This document shows, in pieces, positions 40,022 through 52,214 of a stretch of 64,000 nucleotides of DNA; position 1 is the first letter of the stretch, and each line of letters opens with the position of its first letter. Source of the stretch: Takakia lepidozioides (Eukaryota > Plantae > Bryophyta); NCBI GenBank assembly GCA_030704615.1, contig CM060733.1, positions 63,364,001-63,428,000 of the forward strand, given 5' to 3'. A program made the position numbers and the translations under genes. Below the pieces are notes generated by a model. That model had not been told where the DNA came from, made no database searches, and saw only the letters and a list, made by a program, of their open reading frames with translations.

Positions 40022-42340
40022 TGTCATGGTTTTAGTCATGGTTAACTAGAATTACCTACTTCTAGTTAACTAGGATATTTTGGATATTTATATTTGTATT
40101 TTGTGTGTTGGGACTTCATTCGGTCTCACATGCCAAGTGAGGTGTCAAACCTCACTTGGGACATGAGGATGGGTTTTCCCCTTGTAAGTGTTGAGGAGGG
40201 TTCATCTTCTTGTAGTTGAGCCTCCATGAGCCTCTCCCACCTCCATAGCTCTAGGTATTGAGAAGGAGTGTGGTGAGGGCTTTGTAGGGTGGATTCCCTT
40301 AGCAAAGGTGCCCTTGGCTTGACTTAGTTTATGTGAATGAGTGGATTCATGAGTGGAGTGTTTCCATTGTGTGTTCACTTCTATTATCACTACAAGAAGA
40401 TCTCCTTATGCTTGTGAGTGCGGAGTGTAAGGGTTAGTTTAGCACTTGTGTGTTGGAGAGAGCTTGGTAGAGAGCTCTTGTGTTGCAAGGTGTTGCAGGT
40501 GTTGCAAAGGAAAATCCTTGTGGCGTGGAGAACATGGATGTTAGGGTTTGAGAAGCATTAGTTTGCTTTATAGAGGTGGAGAGCTTTTGAAAAGAGCTCT
40601 TGCATCACAAGAGAAGCGTCTTGTGTGTGGAGAAGATAGACACTAGGGTTTCAAGAGAAAGCTCTAGTAGTTCATGGTGTGAAAGAGAAGCCAAAGAGCG
40701 GCACATGCTTGGGTTGGAACAAGAGTAGCTTGAGGAGCATTGAGTAGCTCAAGAGAAGCTAAGAAGTGGTTGTTCTATCCATGGTGAAATGAAGCCAAGT
40801 GGGGTTTCATTTGGTTGACAAACAAGCAAGCGAAGGCGGCGCTAGAAGGGAGTGTTTTTGCTAGTTCTATGAGTTCTTGGATTGCTCTTAGTGAAGCAAG
40901 TGATTGACCAAGCAAGTGGCGCATGTGTGGAGCATGCTTTCCAAGTGTGGTTTCCAATTCAAGCTTGAGGAGAGCTAGAAGGTGAAGTGAGCAAGTTCAT
41001 TCCTTGTGTATGAGGTGGTGCATGTTGTGGAAGAAAAGCCAAGGAGCTACATAGGCTAGGGCTTGAAGACAACAAAAGCAACCACTTGGAGAGCATCAAG
41101 AAGCTCAAGATGACTCCAAAGGGAAGCATGTGGGTGAGAATTCTATCCATGATGATGTGAAACCAAGCCTAGAGTATTGAAGAACTTGGAGCACATGTGG
41201 GAGATCATTGGAGGTGGTCTTCATGAAGAAAGGAGATTGTGGCTCACGGCATGCATAGCAACTTCAACCATACATTAGCATGTGACAAGACAAGGAAGGG
41301 GAAGGTGAAGCTCATGTATTCACTCCCTTTTTGCTTAAGTTTTGTGGTGGATGGTTGATCAAGCAAGTGATGCTTATGTGGAGCATGCTCTTTAGGGCTT
41401 GTGACTTCAAGTTTGAGAAGATGAGCTCTTGAATAGAGGTGTGGATACACATTATGATGAATGAAGAGAACACCTAGGTCAAGAGGTGGAAGTGTGTGTG
41501 ACTAGCCCATGCAAGGGAAAGCACATGGAAGATGGCATACAAAATTCAAATTCAAGCAAGGCTTGGCGCTTGTCATTGGGCACATTAGCTTGCTATGAGT
41601 TCCAAGGAGATCAAGAGGAACTTGTCAATTTGGGATGAATGCATTGCAAAGTAAGATAATGCAATCTTGCATGCATGTTAGGGGGGAAGATAACATGAAG
41701 AAGGTGTTTCTTACTATACTCTACAAACCCTAGTCTCCATACTCTTCAAGAAACTGTGTATGGGCTCCCTTTGCCCATCATACTCTTTTGTGAAAAGAGT
41801 ATGGAACCCCTCTGCCCAACATACACTTTGTGAACAGAGCATGGGCCCCCTCTGCCCAACATACGTTTTTTTGAACAGTGTATGGGCTCCATCTGCCCCA
41901 CCATACTCTTTTTTGATTAGAGTATGGATACAAGTGGAGAGACTTTTCCTACCATACGTTTTCATTAAAAGTGTATGACATCTAGGGTGTATCTGGAGGA
42001 GTATTGCCTTTGGAGGATCTTTGGGGGGTCCTTTGAGGAGCTTTTGTAAGACACTTGAAGAGCTCTTGAAGGGGTGTTTGGAGGACTATTTGGAGGACTA
42101 TTGGGGGTCCTTGAAGACCAATATTTGGCAAACATTTGGAGCTTTGGAGGGCTATTTGGAGGACTATTTTGGGGTCCTTGGAGGCTAATATTTGGCGAGC
42201 TTAAGGAGTCTTTGGCAACTTGTCTGAAGGACTTTTTGGGGTCCTTGAGGGCCAAGATTTGGCAGGCTTTGGGGGCCTTAGTGAGATTGTTTGAGAGACA
42301 TCTTGAGGGCTCTTGGAGAGTTATTTGAGAGACCCTGGAA
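40022..42340 (+). mobile_element. LTR-like insertion beginning TGTCATGG, with internal tandem repeats (41755-41935; 41990-42330)
   Basis: First ~368 bp match 33240-32873; interrupts the pol frame of segment B; non-coding; right boundary approximate. Confidence 0.55.
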
Positions 42341-42349
42341 GGTAGTTAT

Positions 42350-45300
42350 GTCTGTTGGTCATGAGCAAGAGCGTTTAGAGATAGGGGGAGACTAGTGGGA
42401 TGAGAGCATTCTGGGATTAGGAATTGCTTTAGTCTCTCTTCGTCGTAGTCTTCCACCCTCTATGTAGGCCAAAACCTTTCCGTAGCTGGAGGCAAGAGTC
42501 AGTCCGGGTTTGGGCTGGGGTGTCCTTGCAGGAGCGACACTGTGGAGTGTTTTTTTTGGTGTGGGGGAGTTACTGTCTTGATTTTCTTGTGTTTGGATCC
42601 CCCCCACACCTGCATGCTTGACTGTGCACCATGTCAATTTTGTGTGGGCGCTTGTTTTCATATGAGGTTGGTCCGGATTTGATCACCGGCCAATCCTAGA
42701 GCATGCTGTCGGTGGTGAGGCTGGGGTGATGACCAGTCAGACCATCATTGTTTCTCTTATGGTCAGGTTGGGTTGATAACCAGCAGACCATATGAGTGCT
42801 TGCGGTGGATGCAGGTGCAGGTTTATGTTACGAACCTAGTAGTCTAAGCCATAAGCTGCAACAGGTTCTCTACCCGGTTACCTTGTGGAAAGGGGGATTA
42901 GAGACAGGTTTACAACATGTGTGGTTGTGAGTTTTCATCATAGAGGTGCCACCAGTTGCTGAGGAGAGTGCCGGTACAAGCACCAGCGATACTAGTGGGT
43001 ATACAAGACGAGGTGTGCGGTTTAGGCCACCTTCACCTTCAGTGTCTTCTGAGGAAGGTTCAGACTCAGAGTTAGGAGGATTCTCGCCGAGGGTGCAAGC
43101 CATTTCCATGCCATTGTTGTGGGATACGATGGAGGAAATGTATGGAGCTACCAAGGGGCCATGTCGGTACTCTGGAGCTGTGGGCACCATCGAGCTTGAA
43201 TATTTCATACAGGAGTTTGATAGTTGGTGTGATTTGCAACAGATGCGCAATCCACAATTGTTTACGCCTATTATGGCGTGGAATGGGTTGTTTCAGCACC
43301 TTGTGGATGACTACCATGAGTTTAGGCAGGGACATGAGGTGGAGATTGAGGAATGGTGGGTGTATTGGTCACCTGACTATGTCTCCATCACTAGAGGCAC
43401 AAGGGCAGTGGTGACACCGGCAGCTACACCGGCAGCTACTGCAAGTAGCAGTGGGACGTCAAGTGGAATAGGAGATGGGAAGTCCACCCAAGCTCCTGCT
43501 GCAGCACCAACACCCGTGCCTGCCTTTAACCCAGTTGTGGAGTTCTTCGAGGAGTTGAGGAAAAACTACCAGGGGATAAGGACGGAGAAATTGTGGAGCT
43601 TGCAAGAGTTCCAGCGCAAGCCTACTGAGAGTTTGAGGGAGGCTTACACGCACATGAGGTGATTGATAAATGTAACCCAAGGGTTTAGGGAAGCTCAAGC
43701 AGTCCAATTCTGGTATGGGATATTGGACAATGAGCTGAGGAGAAGGGTGCGGGATGCAACTCTCCTACAAGTGGACCAACCCACCTTAGCAAATGTGTTT
43801 TTGCTGGCAGAGTGGATAGAGCTCAATATGGTGGAGGAGCGAGTGGTCATGGTGGGATTTGGTAAGGAGACACAATGAAGTGGGGCTCCTAGCCAACAAC
43901 AACCACTACCCCAACGTGCTCAAGGCAACAAGGGGGCTCAGGTGAAGCCGAGGGAAGGACAGAGAGGATCTCAGATGCAGAGGTCTCTTCCTTCATTCTC
44001 AGGCCAACAACAGTCGGGTGTGACTTGTTGGGATTGTGGAGGACCCCATGTCAAGAAGGATTGCCCGGAGAGAGGCAAAGGGCCGGCACAGGCACAGCCT
44101 ATACAACTACAGTGTGGGCATTGTGGAAAGTATGGGCAGAGGAGGCCCATTGTTATGGCTTGCATCCTGAGCTACGGCCAGGCCAGTTCCAAGGGAACAA
44201 TGGTGGCCGAGGACGAGACAATATAGTCCAGAGAGGTAGAGGAGGGAGAGGCCGGGGTGGAGGACGTAACCAAAACCAAGGAGCACAGGGTCAAGGTCAA
44301 GGTCATGACCAAGGCATGGTGGATAGACTTGCCCAGCTAGAGCAACGTCTTGCTGCCATGGCCACTACTCATGTTGCGCCAGCTCCAAGGCTTGAGGTTC
44401 AAGCCCCACCTACACAACCTCCTATGCCTAGGGAAGACCAGATTGGTATGGGCTTCATATGTGGAGCCGCACTTGTAGGACCATTGCATGTGGACTCTGC
44501 AGCTACTGTCACTCGAGCAGCAACGCGTGCTCTTGAGCCAAGAGGAGCGGATGTGGATTTTGATCCACAAAGAGGGGAAGCAAGTCGGCAGACAAGGCTT
44601 CCACAGTCTTTCACATTAGCTGAGACAATGCCAACTATGCCATCGATGACACCCGCTCGCCCAAGTGTGTCAGAAGTAGAGCCACGAGTGTCATTGGGGA
44701 GAGTTGGTATGGCTTGGGAAATGCCAGTGGGTGGTACTGCAAAGCAAGGTGCAGCCAGTACATTGTTGGGGGCGGCTACGTCAATTTGCCAAGCTCCATT
44801 GTTTTCTGCCACGACAATTGCAATGCCGGGGATGCGGCCAGCGGCAGTGTTTAGACTGGCAGCTGCACTCTGTGAGAGTGGTGATGCATCGACACTATCT
44901 GCGGGGATAGCGGATCAGGTGCAGTGCTTGGATGCCTTGGATTCAAGGGTGAAAACAGTCACAGCTGCGCCATGGCAAGCGGCAGCTGCAAGGTTGCAGG
45001 AGTTGCCAGCTAGACCAGCCATTGAGCGTAGTATGGTGACTCCTAGGGTAGTCCTGGTGGACAATCAGGATGGTGTGTTTCAGTTGGGTGGCCCAGCCGG
45101 GAGGAGGTATAGGCCACTGCGGGTCTTGTTGGACTCGGGAGCACAACCATTGATGTTGGGAAGAGCAGCAATTGCAAACTTGGGCCTTACAGAGGCGGAT
45201 TTGGAGCCTTGTCCTTTCCAAATTCAAACATCTTTGGGCAGTTTAGAGAAGGCATGAGGGATTACACGCCATGAGCTCTTCATTCGATTGCAGCCAGATC

Positions 45301-48300
45301 ATCCTACAGATGGCTTTGTCATGAGAGCTAAAGCCATTGTTACGGACGCGATGTCTTATGATGTGCTTGTTGGTGGCGCTGTGTTATACCCGATGGGCTT
45401 TACTTTGGACTTTTGGGAGGAAACGGCATCCTATAGGCCGGAATGGCAGTCAGGGGATGGTCGACGTGCACTACTCCCAGTGCGGTTTATTGGGAATATA
45501 GCGGTGGATCATAGGAACATGATCCCCACATTGGCTACATTCTCAGGGGTGGTGGCTTGGGATGGTGAGCTCTTGGAGGGCAATAGCCATGCAGATGATA
45601 GGCCACCACCTGATGAGGACAAACAATTGGCATACAAGGCTGATTTGCTTCCTCATGTGTCTGTTCATATTCCATTGTGGGGTACAGTTAGGAATTTGCA
45701 TCGAGTAGCAGGCGAGTGTGTGCACCAAGCATGGCAGGAGGCCTATCCATTGGTGAGTGAGGGGAGTTTAGTGACATCACCTGGACCTCCTCAGTTAGCT
45801 CCTTTTGGATACAGTGCCCATTACCTGGCAACCACCTTACTCAGGGATTTGTTTGCTAGACCTGTTTGGAGGCATGAGCACTGGGCTTGCAGGAGTGTTG
45901 CAAGCTGGGATTAAAGTACGCAAGTACTTGTATGTGGAGAAGGATGAGATAGCTCAGCGTATCTATGCGCCACATTGCCTTGCTCACACACCGGTATCCT
46001 GAGTTGTTGTCTCTCTCAGCCATTCAAGGGTATCAAAAGGCCTTGCCAGCAGACATTACCTTGTTGGGGGCGGATGATTTGGACTGGCATGGTGCCATTG
46101 ACTTGGCGATAGCTGGATGGCCTTGCCAAGGACACTCTCCCGCAGGTCATGGGAACGGCTCTTGCATGATGCACGATCGCATTTGTTTTGGGAGATGTTG
46201 AGAGTGTTGCGTGACTTGCAGACAAGGCAAGTGCAGTCTCTAGCCTATATCTTGGAGAATGTTCCTCTTATGGGGGACTCTCGAGCCAGGGTTATGGCCA
46301 GTGTGCATCAGGTGCGGCCTTGGATTGGATCGGTGGTGCTATTGGATGCAGCAGTGGTGGGATCACGAGCACATCGACCTTGATTATGGTGGACCAATCT
46401 TGCACCACCAGAGCTGCTCAAGAGAGCATACGATTCCATTCAACGGCCACCCAATCTCACAGTTGAGGGCATTTTGGACCAAGGGAGGCAACCACAGAGG
46501 GGGCGACATGATGACCGTCCACCTCTAGCAGTGGTAAATCGAATAGGGCAGCCACGTGCGGCCTTGCCTACGCTCATGAGCTTTCCCTCGTCTCATGCTT
46601 TTCGAGACAATGGTCCTGGGTTGATTTGGGACAGTGTGCTACAGCAATTGGTGGAGCCCAATGCAGATGAGCGAGAGCGGGCAATGGGATTTGCCACGGG
46701 CACTACAGCTGTGTCAGCTCTGTCAGAGGCATCACGCCGACATGTGTTGGATCAAGAAATGGATCTAAATTGCTTGACATGGGTCATTGGCTTGTGCATG
46801 GCTGAGCAATGGAGGTTGTAGACAGTGGTGGCTACTTCTGCACTCCCATTTGGTATTCTATCCCCTCTGCCAACCGGGACGGTTGAGGCAGTGAGTGGGG
46901 GCGAGCACGGGATCATGGGGTGCAAACACCCATGGCAGATGTGGGATGAGATGTGGAAAGAGAGAGTCCTTGGATCTCTCAAGCAGCAGTATGAGGAGTG
47001 GGGAGAGCCATACACTGAGGATCAGTTGGAGGCCAAGGTGACCAATGTTTTTGAAGAGGCTGGGACTGTTTCTTCCCCAGAGGATGTTCTCAAGGTGGTT
47101 ATGGCAGAGCAAGTGGAGGCTACGCCACAGTCAAATTGCGCAGACAAGGCCCAAGAGGTTTCTATCTACCAACCAAAGGATTTGTCTCCTACCTCCAAGC
47201 CTGATGTACCCAAGGTTGCAGTCACTGAGGACAATTGGGAACCAGATGTTGGACCTACAGTCACCGGAGGAGAGAGACGGAGGATCCAGCGATTTCTAAG
47301 GGCTTATAGAAATTGGTTTGCCTTCGGTTTGAAGGATTTGAGGAGTTTGAAGGGTCAGGAGATTCATATTGATTTGGCAAGTGACACGCCAATCTCTCAA
47401 AGGCCCTACCGGTATAGTGACATGGAGAGGTCATTGATCCAGTCATGGACTATGGAGTTGTTCGAAGCTGAATTGGTGGAGTTGTCAGGCGGGGAGTATG
47501 CCTTGGCAACGGTGATGCCAGCTAAGAAGGATATCTATGGCAATTGGACAGAAAGAAGGATGTGTGGGGACTATCATCCTGTGAACCATCAGACTAAGTC
47601 CGATAGATATGCCATGCCAACTCCAGAGGAAATCTTTAATGCCATTGGGCATGCAAAGGTGTTTAGCACATTGGACTTGCAATCCGGTTACCACCAGTTG
47701 CCAATCAAAGAGGCTGACAAGCAAAAGACGGCATTCTGGGGGATTGACCAACATGGGAAGGATTGTTTGTACCAATGGCGCTTCCTACCATTTGGGTTGA
47801 AAAATGCTCCTGCAGAGTTTCAGAGGGTTATGGATAGGATTCTCGCGGGGCTAGATTTTGCCCGGTGATACATTGATGACATCATCGTCTTTAGTGCTAC
47901 GGTTGAGGAGCATGAGAGACACCTTCAGGTGGTGTTTGAGCGCTTGAGAGCGTATGGGTTGAAATTGCATCCTGGGAAGTGCAAGTTCTTCCACAACCAG
48001 ATTGAGTATCTGGGCCACATGATATACCCTGGAGGATTGGGTGTTCAAAAGACGAAGGTGGAGGCCATTACACGCATTCCACGCCCATAGATGTTAGTAG
48101 AGTTTGTGCTTTCATGGGGTTGGCGAACTACTATCGACGGTTTGTCAAGGGATTTAGCAGCATTGCAAAGGCTCTTACTAAGTTGACCAAGGAGGGTCAG
48201 GAGTGGCAGTGGGAGGAGGAGCAGGAGGAAGCCTTTGCGGAACTCAAGGCTCGATTGACTTCTGCACCTATTCTGAGGGGGCCTATTTGGGGGCGGCCTT

Positions 48301-49796
48301 TCCAACTACATACGGATTGGAGTATGCTGGGGATTGGAGCAATGCTCACACAGATGGATGATGAGGGAAGAGAGTTCGTAGTGGCATATGCTAGCCGCTC
48401 AAACAATGATGCCGACGCAAAGTATAGTTCCTATGAAGGGAGTGTCTAGCTGCGGTATGGGCAGTGGCACATTTCATATGCTACCTCTATGGCAATCTCT
48501 TCACCCTTGTCACGGATCACCAACCATTGAAGTGGTTGATGGAGTCAGACAAGCTTGCAGGGAAGCTTGCACGGTGGGCACTTATGCTTCAAGAATACGA
48601 CTTTCAGGTGGTACATCGAGCCGGTATTGTCAATCGGGATGCAGATGGATTGAGTTGCAATCCATGCACGAGCAAGCATGATGATACTAGAGCTCGATGG
48701 CATGGTGAGACGGATGAGGATATGGTGTCAGGATGGCATGCATCTGCCTTTTTGTGCATCCTAGCAATGGGAGCTCAAGCTGGTCCATCCCATAGCATTG
48801 GTCATGTAGATGGTGTGCATGACGATCCGGAGATCAGTGAGGAGCTTGGTGGTGCTAAAGATATGCATGAAGATGCAGCAGTGTTGGCCTACCTTTGTAC
48901 TAGAGAGACAGCAGCCAGTGTGACTGCTAAGGAGAGAGATCGGATCCTACAACGAGCCAAGAGGTTCAAGTGGAAGGGGACTCACCTACTCCGAGTATGG
49001 GAGGATGGACGAGTGAGGATTGTGCCTCATCCAACACAACGAGCGCGATTGGTATGCCATACCCATGAGGAGTTGGGACATTTTGGGGTGCGGCGCACTC
49101 ATAGTTTGCTGCAAGGACAGTACTGGTGGCGGGGCATGCACACGGATGTACAACAGTTAGTGGCAAGGTACATGGTGTGTGATAGAGTGCGAGCTTCTTT
49201 CAATGCACCTACTCCACAATTGCATCCTTTACCCATTATGGGTTTGGGCTATCGTTGGAGTCTTGACTTCGCAGGCCCATTCCCACTAATGATTCGCCAT
49301 AACAAGTATGTGTTGGTGATGGTAGAACATTTCTCCAAGTGGATTGAACTGGTGGCATTGCCTGACAAGGCAAGTGAGGGGGCTGAGTATGCATTCTTAG
49401 ATCGAGTGCTTAGCCAATTTGGTGCTCCAGCCGAGGTACTCACGGGCCAGGGGAGAGAGTTCTTGGGGGGGTTTCAGGCTTTGTGTGAGCAAGCCTTGAT
49501 AGATCACCGCACTACTTCTCGGGATCATCCCGAGGCTGATGGCCTGGTAGAGAGGGTTGTACAAATAGTCAAGTGAGGCTTGCGCAAGTATGGCTTGCAG
49601 AAGGGACTCTTAGGAGATTGGGACCTTCAGCTACCTTGGTTGGCCATGGGCTACAGGTTTAGCAAACAAGCATCACTTGCCTCATTCTTGCCTTATTTCC
49701 TTCTCTTTGGCCGAGAGCCAGATTTGCCTGCATCTATTCGTAGGGAGACTGCAGTAGTTCTCAACCTTGATGATCCGGATGTGTGGACACAAGCAT
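42350..49796 (+). mobile_element. Ty3/Gypsy segment C, near full length: gag - protease - C5 methyltransferase - RT - RNase H - integrase; decayed and truncated at 49797
   Basis: CWDCGGPHVKKDC, LLDSGA, LLDLFGG/GWPCQG/ENV, YIDD (~47870), LHTDWS, HEELGHFG, WSLDFAGP; Ty3/Gypsy order RT-RH-INT. Confidence 0.92.
45830..46810 (+). pseudogene. Retrotransposon-encoded C5 DNA methyltransferase domain (DNMT3-like)
   Basis: Motifs I (LDLFGG), II (VEKD), IV (AGWPCQG), VI (LENV), VIII (AHRP), IX (ERERAMGF) and X in non-permuted order, across frameshifts. Confidence 0.9.
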
Positions 49797-49880
49797 GGGG
49801 GGCTGCTATTTCATGAGCCATGAGCCATGAGCGGCATGAGCCATGAGCAGAGTCGTAAGTGTGGAAAAAAACATGAGCAG
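49797..49880 (+). repeat. Left terminal inverted repeat with tandem CATGAGC units
   Basis: Matches the reverse complement of 35775-35814 (GCTATTTCATGAGC...ATGAGCGGCATGAGC). Confidence 0.75.
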
Positions 49881-50260
49881 CACTATTTTCCGGAAATGAG
49901 TGTCCGCGGGAATAGGGTTTAGGGTGCCACGGTCATAGGGGGAGAAGGACCTCCCGATGAAGGAGGTTCGGCAATGTTATTTAGAATTATATATTGAAAG
50001 GCAATGTTTCGCGAATGGTAGGGTGGTACTGCTCTGTACAATGGGGGCCCATTTCAGCCTACCAGCCACTTGCAAAATCCACCCACACTCCCAATCCCAA
50101 ACGAAATGAGCAATGACGCATTCTCAGAACGATGGACACAGAATAGAATAAAAAGAGGGCACAATGAGGTTTTTATTGATCCACATGAATTGCATTTGAA
50201 GCACGTCTACTGTGCTGATTGTGCAATCAAATCTTTAGCCCTGTGCCTACTGAATACAAG

Positions 50261-50824
50261 TCACGTTGTCAATGGGACTTCGACTGCTCTCAGAACTAGC
50301 TCATGAGTCATGGGGCTCCTCCATGTAAAGTTGATTGTAGCCGTTGTACCGCCCCTAGTGATGTTCACCACAATGTCCTGCCCTTCAATCATACCACCAT
50401 CGAATATGGAAATCTTCACGTTTTCGTCGTCCACACCAATGCGAATGTCCCCATACAATAGAGAAGAGGAGCGCACTCCTTCAGGAGAATAGGTCTCTCC
50501 GATGGAGTCCACCCACGTCCAGTGGCAGCAGTTCCACCGCAACAGCATAGCAGTGCGCCTTCTTCTGCATGGGTGACCGTCGTAGCTGGGAAAATCGGAA
50601 TCGAGGATGCGCAGGAGCCACGGACTCCTCAGACCAAGATCGTCACCCCGCTCGAAGGCGTAGTGGCCTACGATATACTCAAAAGCCACCAATGTTTCCA
50701 CAATCGAACCAGTATCTTCTGTGTAATCTGTGTACCAGATAACAATGTCTCCCGATGTGGCCGAATACATTGCATAATCGATGCCTCCAAATGGGCAGTC
50801 GTCCCGGTTCCGGAAGCACGGCAT
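50261..50824 (-). CDS. Cargo protein of unknown function, paralog 1 (187 aa from MPCF)
   Basis: Open frame that aligns end to end with the paralog at 51381-51960. Confidence 0.7.
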   Translation of the reverse strand: MPCFRNRDDCPFGGIDYAMYSATSGDIVIWYTDYTEDTGSIVETLVAFEYIVGHYAFERGDDLGLRSPWLLRILDSDFPSYDGHPCRRRRTAMLLRWNCCHWTWVDSIGETYSPEGVRSSSLLYGDIRIGVDDENVKISIFDGGMIEGQDIVVNITRGGTTATINFTWRSPMTHELVLRAVEVPLTT

Positions 50825-51380
50825 CCTTGCAAAGGAGGACCTGAGGACGACTTGGATGCAGATGACAATGACCTTGCGGACAGCTACGAAGCCCTTAGAT
50901 TTTGGAAATGATGCGAAGCGGAAGAGCAGTCCGGCCTCCAATAATGGAGCATCTGGGTCCCACGTACCCACCGACGGAGGTGGAACGTGTTCATCACGCC
51001 GGCGGTGGATGAACCCATACATCTTTCTCATCAACAAGTTATAGTTTGAGATCTGCCACCGAAGTCCATCCCCCCGGATGGAAATTCGGCGCCGCATTTA
51101 CATCGAAGAGGGGATGGACTTCGTCGTGTCCAATGGCTATCGGCCCACCTGGCAGTGACTGCCCATAGTTTGCATGGTAGGGTAGGAAACTGAAACGGCT
51201 ACATTCATGAAGCAGCCAATCTTCATCGGTCCAGGATCCTGTAGGGGGGAAATTTAAATGTGACCTGGAGTGTTTCTGAGGAATTGCAGCGTTAGCTTGA
51301 ACTTTTTCCAGCCACCGCGCTGCTCCTCCTCCATCCGGGAGCTGCTGTCATTGAGCGTACTCCGCTACTCTTTTTCGAGG

Positions 51381-51960
51381 ATGCCGTGCCGCCAAAATCC
51401 AGCCGACTGCCCTTATCATGGCTACGATTATGCTATGTTCAAACCAGAATCAGGAGACATCATTGTCTGGCTCTCTGTTTTCACAGACGCTGCTGGAATC
51501 AAGCAAGAGTCTTTGCGCGCAATGGAGTATCTGGAGGGCTATTACCGCTTTGAGCGAGGTGAGGGCGAGGGTCAATGCGGTCCGTGGGTCCTGAAAATTG
51601 TTGACCTCGATATACCAAGCTGGAAAGGGATGCCGGACAGATCACGCACGGCCTCGCTTTGGCGCTGGAACTGCTGCCAGTGGACCAGGGAGGACGGCAC
51701 CGGGGAAAACTATATACGTGCAGATCACTCCGCTCTTCCAGTGTATGGAGACATTCGGCTGAGTTGCGAAGACGAATCGCACGGGCAACATGAGGCCCAC
51801 AGTGACCTTGTCAATGTATGATGGTGGTATCATTGATGGACATGACATTGTCGTCGGCTCCAGCAAGGGCAGCAGAACGACCGAATTGCAGTTTACCTCG
51901 AGGTGCCGCAGCAGTGATGAGCTTGTTTTGAGGGGTATCGAAGTTCCGTCGACTTGGTGA
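51381..51960 (+). pseudogene. Cargo protein of unknown function, paralog 2 (frameshift near 51790)
   Basis: Shared MPC..N..DCP..G.DYAM, SGDI, FERG, PW.L.I.D.D.PS, RWNCC.WT, YGDIR, then DGG.I.G.DIVV and ELVLR..EVP in the shifted frame. Confidence 0.7.
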
Positions 51961-52214
51961 AGCCCATGTAGAAGGAGGAAGGGCTTAGTTTGTCTGCAGT
52001 TGGTAAATGTGAGACATCGTGTCCGATCAATAAACCCATCGTACCTCACTTTTGTATGATTGTGTTTCATTCTGTTGAATAACTGTCGGAATTGGCCCAC
52101 TGTTTACAATTTGATGTCTCATTTCTACAATGTGTCTGTCCGGATGAATATAGCAGAGTAACCGGTATGTGAGTCATGTGTCAAGAATATACCAGAGTAA
52201 CGCCATGTCGGCAT

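Noticed and set aside
40388-42397. CACTA element (CACTACAAGAA at 40388, TAGTG at 42393)
   Set aside because: The ends are not complementary beyond five bases and there are no subterminal repeats.
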